Assembly (NCBI RefSeq): GCF_018350175.1
Contig: NC_058373.1
Span: 105,030,001 to 105,094,000 of the forward strand
DNA from: Felis catus
Taxonomy: Eukaryota
Length of the DNA stretch: 64,000 bases
Direction: 5' to 3'
A program made the position numbers and the translations under genes. The stretch's first letter is position 1; each line of letters begins with the position of its first letter. Shown piece by piece: positions 60,701 to 64,000 of the stretch. Under the pieces are notes generated by a model that was not told the origin of the DNA, did no database searches, and worked only from the letters and a program-made list of their open reading frames with translations.

Positions 60701-61199
60701 CACCCCCAGTCCCTCTGGTGGTTAATTAGATATACTTTTAAAAATGGCATGAAAACATTCCAATGAAAATTCTTCACCTGTGGATAATCCCCATAGTGCT
60801 CTGCTCCCCACATTGAATCAGACTCAATTCCTAAAACCTCAAGCGATCTCATTTTAAGTAACTGATCAGGCAAGAGGCTCCTAGTGTACAAACACTGACA
60901 AAGCACATTTTTACTGGCATGCATTCATTCATTAAATATCACCTCTAAGCTTGCTGTATATTTTACAAACTTCCACTCCACAAATGAGTGCCTCCTAAGT
61001 GCCAACACTTATGACAGGTTCTAAACTTACAAAGATGGATAAGGTATTGTCCTAACTTAGTGAAGAACATGTGAGTGAATAAGAAACTAAAATGTAATAT
61101 AGAAAGTGACAGGAATCATGTTAAGAGAAAATATATGAAATTCATAGGGACAAATTACCTAAAGAGGGATCATGGAAAATTTCACTCAAAAAGTAGCAT

Positions 61200-61930
61200 T
61201 TGCAGAGTGCACAGGTGGCTCAATTAGTTGAGTATCTGACTCTTGATTATGGGCTCAGGTTATGATCCTAGGGTTGTGGGATTGAGCCCCGGGTCGGGCT
61301 CCATGCTGAGCGTGGGGCTTGCTTGGGATTCTCTCTCCTACATGTGCTTGCTCTCTAAAAAAAAAAAAAAAAAATTAGTGTTGATTGGGGAACATTCTAG
61401 ATTGTGGGGAAAGTATGAATAAAAACAACACGGAAAACACAGAGTTTGTATAGGGGAGCCGTGACAGATTTAGTGTGACTGCAGCAAATTAGTTTAGAGA
61501 CAGACTGATATGACATTCAGTAAGGTCTAGAATGGGAGGCAAAGAGTCTACATGCTTTATTTGTATGTGGAAATATAATGTATTGTTTTAAAAGCTGCTA
61601 GAATGACAGAACCTACGTAACAGCATTATACACAAACACCACCTAATATCTGAATGTTTCCTAAACACTTGGCATTATTCTAGCACTTTACATGTACTAA
61701 CTCATTTAATACTAAACTGTCAGGGCAGTTCTACTCATATCCTCCCCATTTTACAGATGAGGCAGAGAAATTAAGAAATGTGCTCTAAACCACCCATCTC
61801 ACAAAAAGCCTGGCCACAGCTACACATTCTAATGCTGCAAGTATCTTCTTTGCTTTCCCTAAACTACTTTTTAAATTTTTTTTTAAACATTTATTCATTT
61901 TTGAGAGACAGAGCATGAGTGGGGGAGGGG

Positions 61931-61988
<58 letters not shown>

Positions 61989-63872
61989 CTGAAGCAGGCT
62001 CCAGGCTCTGAACTGTTAGCACAGAGCCCAACGCGGGGCTCAAACTCACCAACCACAAGATCATGACCCGAGCTGAAGTCAGATGCTTAACCAATTGAGC
62101 CATCCAGGCACCCCTCCCTAAACTACTTTTAAAAGCTATGGTTCTAATGGGGACATGGTGAAGGCCTAAATCCCATGCAGGTAGCTCCAATCACTTATTT
62201 TGAAAAATAAAAGGTACCAAAGTTAAGGGATTAATAAAAAGCAATGAAAACACACACAAAACCACGTATTTGTTACAAATTAAAAATGCTGAAAACTTAT
62301 GCACAAATGTTTCTAAATGTATTACTTTTTCCTCAATTTGTAAACAGATTATGTCTTGTAACTCAAAGCTAGCAATATGATGGGAAGAGTTTTAAATACC
62401 TAATTATTTAAATGAGATCAAAGACAGCTTTTTTTTTTTTAAGTTTATTTTTATTAAGCGGGGGTGGGGCAGGGACAGAGGGAGAACCCCAAGCAGGCTC
62501 CCTGCTCTTAGCGTGAAGCCCGACAAGAATCGTGAGATCATGACGGGAGCCAATAATCAAGAGTCTGATGCTTGACTAACTAAGCCACCCAGGCACCCTA
62601 AGGAGAGTCCTGATATATATAGTGAAGTGGCTCAAATTTCATAACCTCATATATTATCCCAAATGGATTAAGTTTTATAAAAACTGATTAAAAAGGCTAA
62701 TCAGAAACAAAGAGGGAAAAAATTGAGTACTGTGATTGATACAGAACTATTATTTAAAAAGCCTGTTTTTTCTAAGACAAAATAACAACTTTTTCCTTGG
62801 TAAGTAGCAGAAAACATTTTTTAAAACCCTAAGAAAAAAAGGGCAGAGACAGCAAGGGAGATTAACTGATAAAAGTAAGCTCTTTCTCTTGAAGAACACT
62901 CAAAAATTAGCCTATTACATGTTTTGACATTTCTCATTGTTAAAGCCCTTCCTTACACTGAGCACTTTAATTTCATCTGTTGAAATAAAAGTGGTTTCCG
63001 AAAACAAGACAATTAACATCTTTACTTAGATTTTAGATATTTAAAGAATCTTGGCTAAACATTCATGTTCCACATACATCTGTTACTTCTCTGTATTTTG
63101 TTAAAGTTAAAAGAAAACACACAAAATTTAGTCCACTGGGAAAGAGGAGGGAAAAATATTTCACCCCATACATTTGAACAATTTAATGGACACTGGGATG
63201 GCTCAGTTGGGTAAACAACTGACTCTTGATTTCGGCTCAGGTCATGATCTCACAGTTTGAGATCGAGCCCCAAGTCAGGCTCTGTGCTGACAGCGTGGAG
63301 CCTGCTTGGGATTCTCTTTCCCTCTCCCTGGTTCTCTCTCTCAAAATAAATGAATAAACATTAAAAAAAATGTAAAAGCATACGTGTATTTTTGTAAGAT
63401 GCTACCTTAAAACTATTTTTTTTCAATAATGAAGAACTTCTCCTTTAGTATGCAAATCATTTGATTTCCCTGCACTTATTTTACTTATTAATTCACTTTA
63501 ATTTTTCATTTCAAGTTGTACTTTTTTTTAAAGTTCACTTACTTATGTAAGTAATCTCTATACCCAATGTGGGGCTCAAACTCAGCACCCCAAGATCAAG
63601 AGTTGAATGCTCTTCTGAGCCAGCCAAGTTGTACTTCAAAAATCAGAAGTAAGAAAGCCTTGATATGGGCGCCTGCGTGGCTCAGTGGGTTAAGTGTCTG
63701 GCTCTTGATTTTGGCTCAGGTCATGATCCCACAGTTCGTGAGTTTGAGGCCCACCTCAGGCTCCATGCTGATAACATGGAGCCTGCTTAGGATTCTTTCC
63801 CCATCTCTCTACCTCTCTCCCACTCAAGCTGATGCTCTCTTTCAAAACAAAAACAAACTTAAAAAAAAAAGA
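61200..63872. mobile_element. Several CAN-SINE copies (about 61205, 61870-62115, 62430-62598, 63188-63370, 63525-63630, 63667-63872)
   Basis: SINE head, body and tail motifs on both strands. Confidence 0.85.
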
Positions 63873-64000
63873 AACAAAGACTTGATAAAACCACTAAAAT
63901 CTAATAGAAGAATGGAATTAGAAATCAAAATATAAAAAACAATGTAAGGTCCAGCATATGCCTTGTCCCAATTAGGGCTTCAGAGGCACTTTGATAAAAG

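Overview
Mammalian genomic DNA. The abundant CAN-SINEs of the felid SINEC_Fc type point to a cat-family genome. The + strand carries the last 11 coding exons of ACTR10 (Arp10/Arp11 dynactin subunit; 190-21524) and the complete 11-exon PSMA3 gene (20S proteasome alpha-7; ATG 31184, stop 51594; exons sum to 768 nt = 255 aa + stop). A genuine tRNA-Lys(CTT) gene lies on the - strand between them (26500-26572). The rest is intron or intergenic DNA with many SINEs, L1 pieces, LTRs and old DNA transposons; almost all ORFs in the supplied track are repeat-derived noise. I see no evidence of a wholly new biological system. The best leads are: a U12 minor-spliceosome intron in ACTR10 containing an in-frame U2-type cryptic exon; a SINE whose target-site duplication copied the PSMA3 exon-4 splice donor; two consensus ARE/MARE sites in PSMA3 intron 1; an L1-SINE composite bracketed by one 16-bp TSD; and candidate antisense (PSMA3-AS1-like) exons. 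Exon boundaries were read by hand. Repeat family names and boundaries are approximate and from recall, not from a database search. ACTR10 exon numbers assume two upstream exons outside the window.
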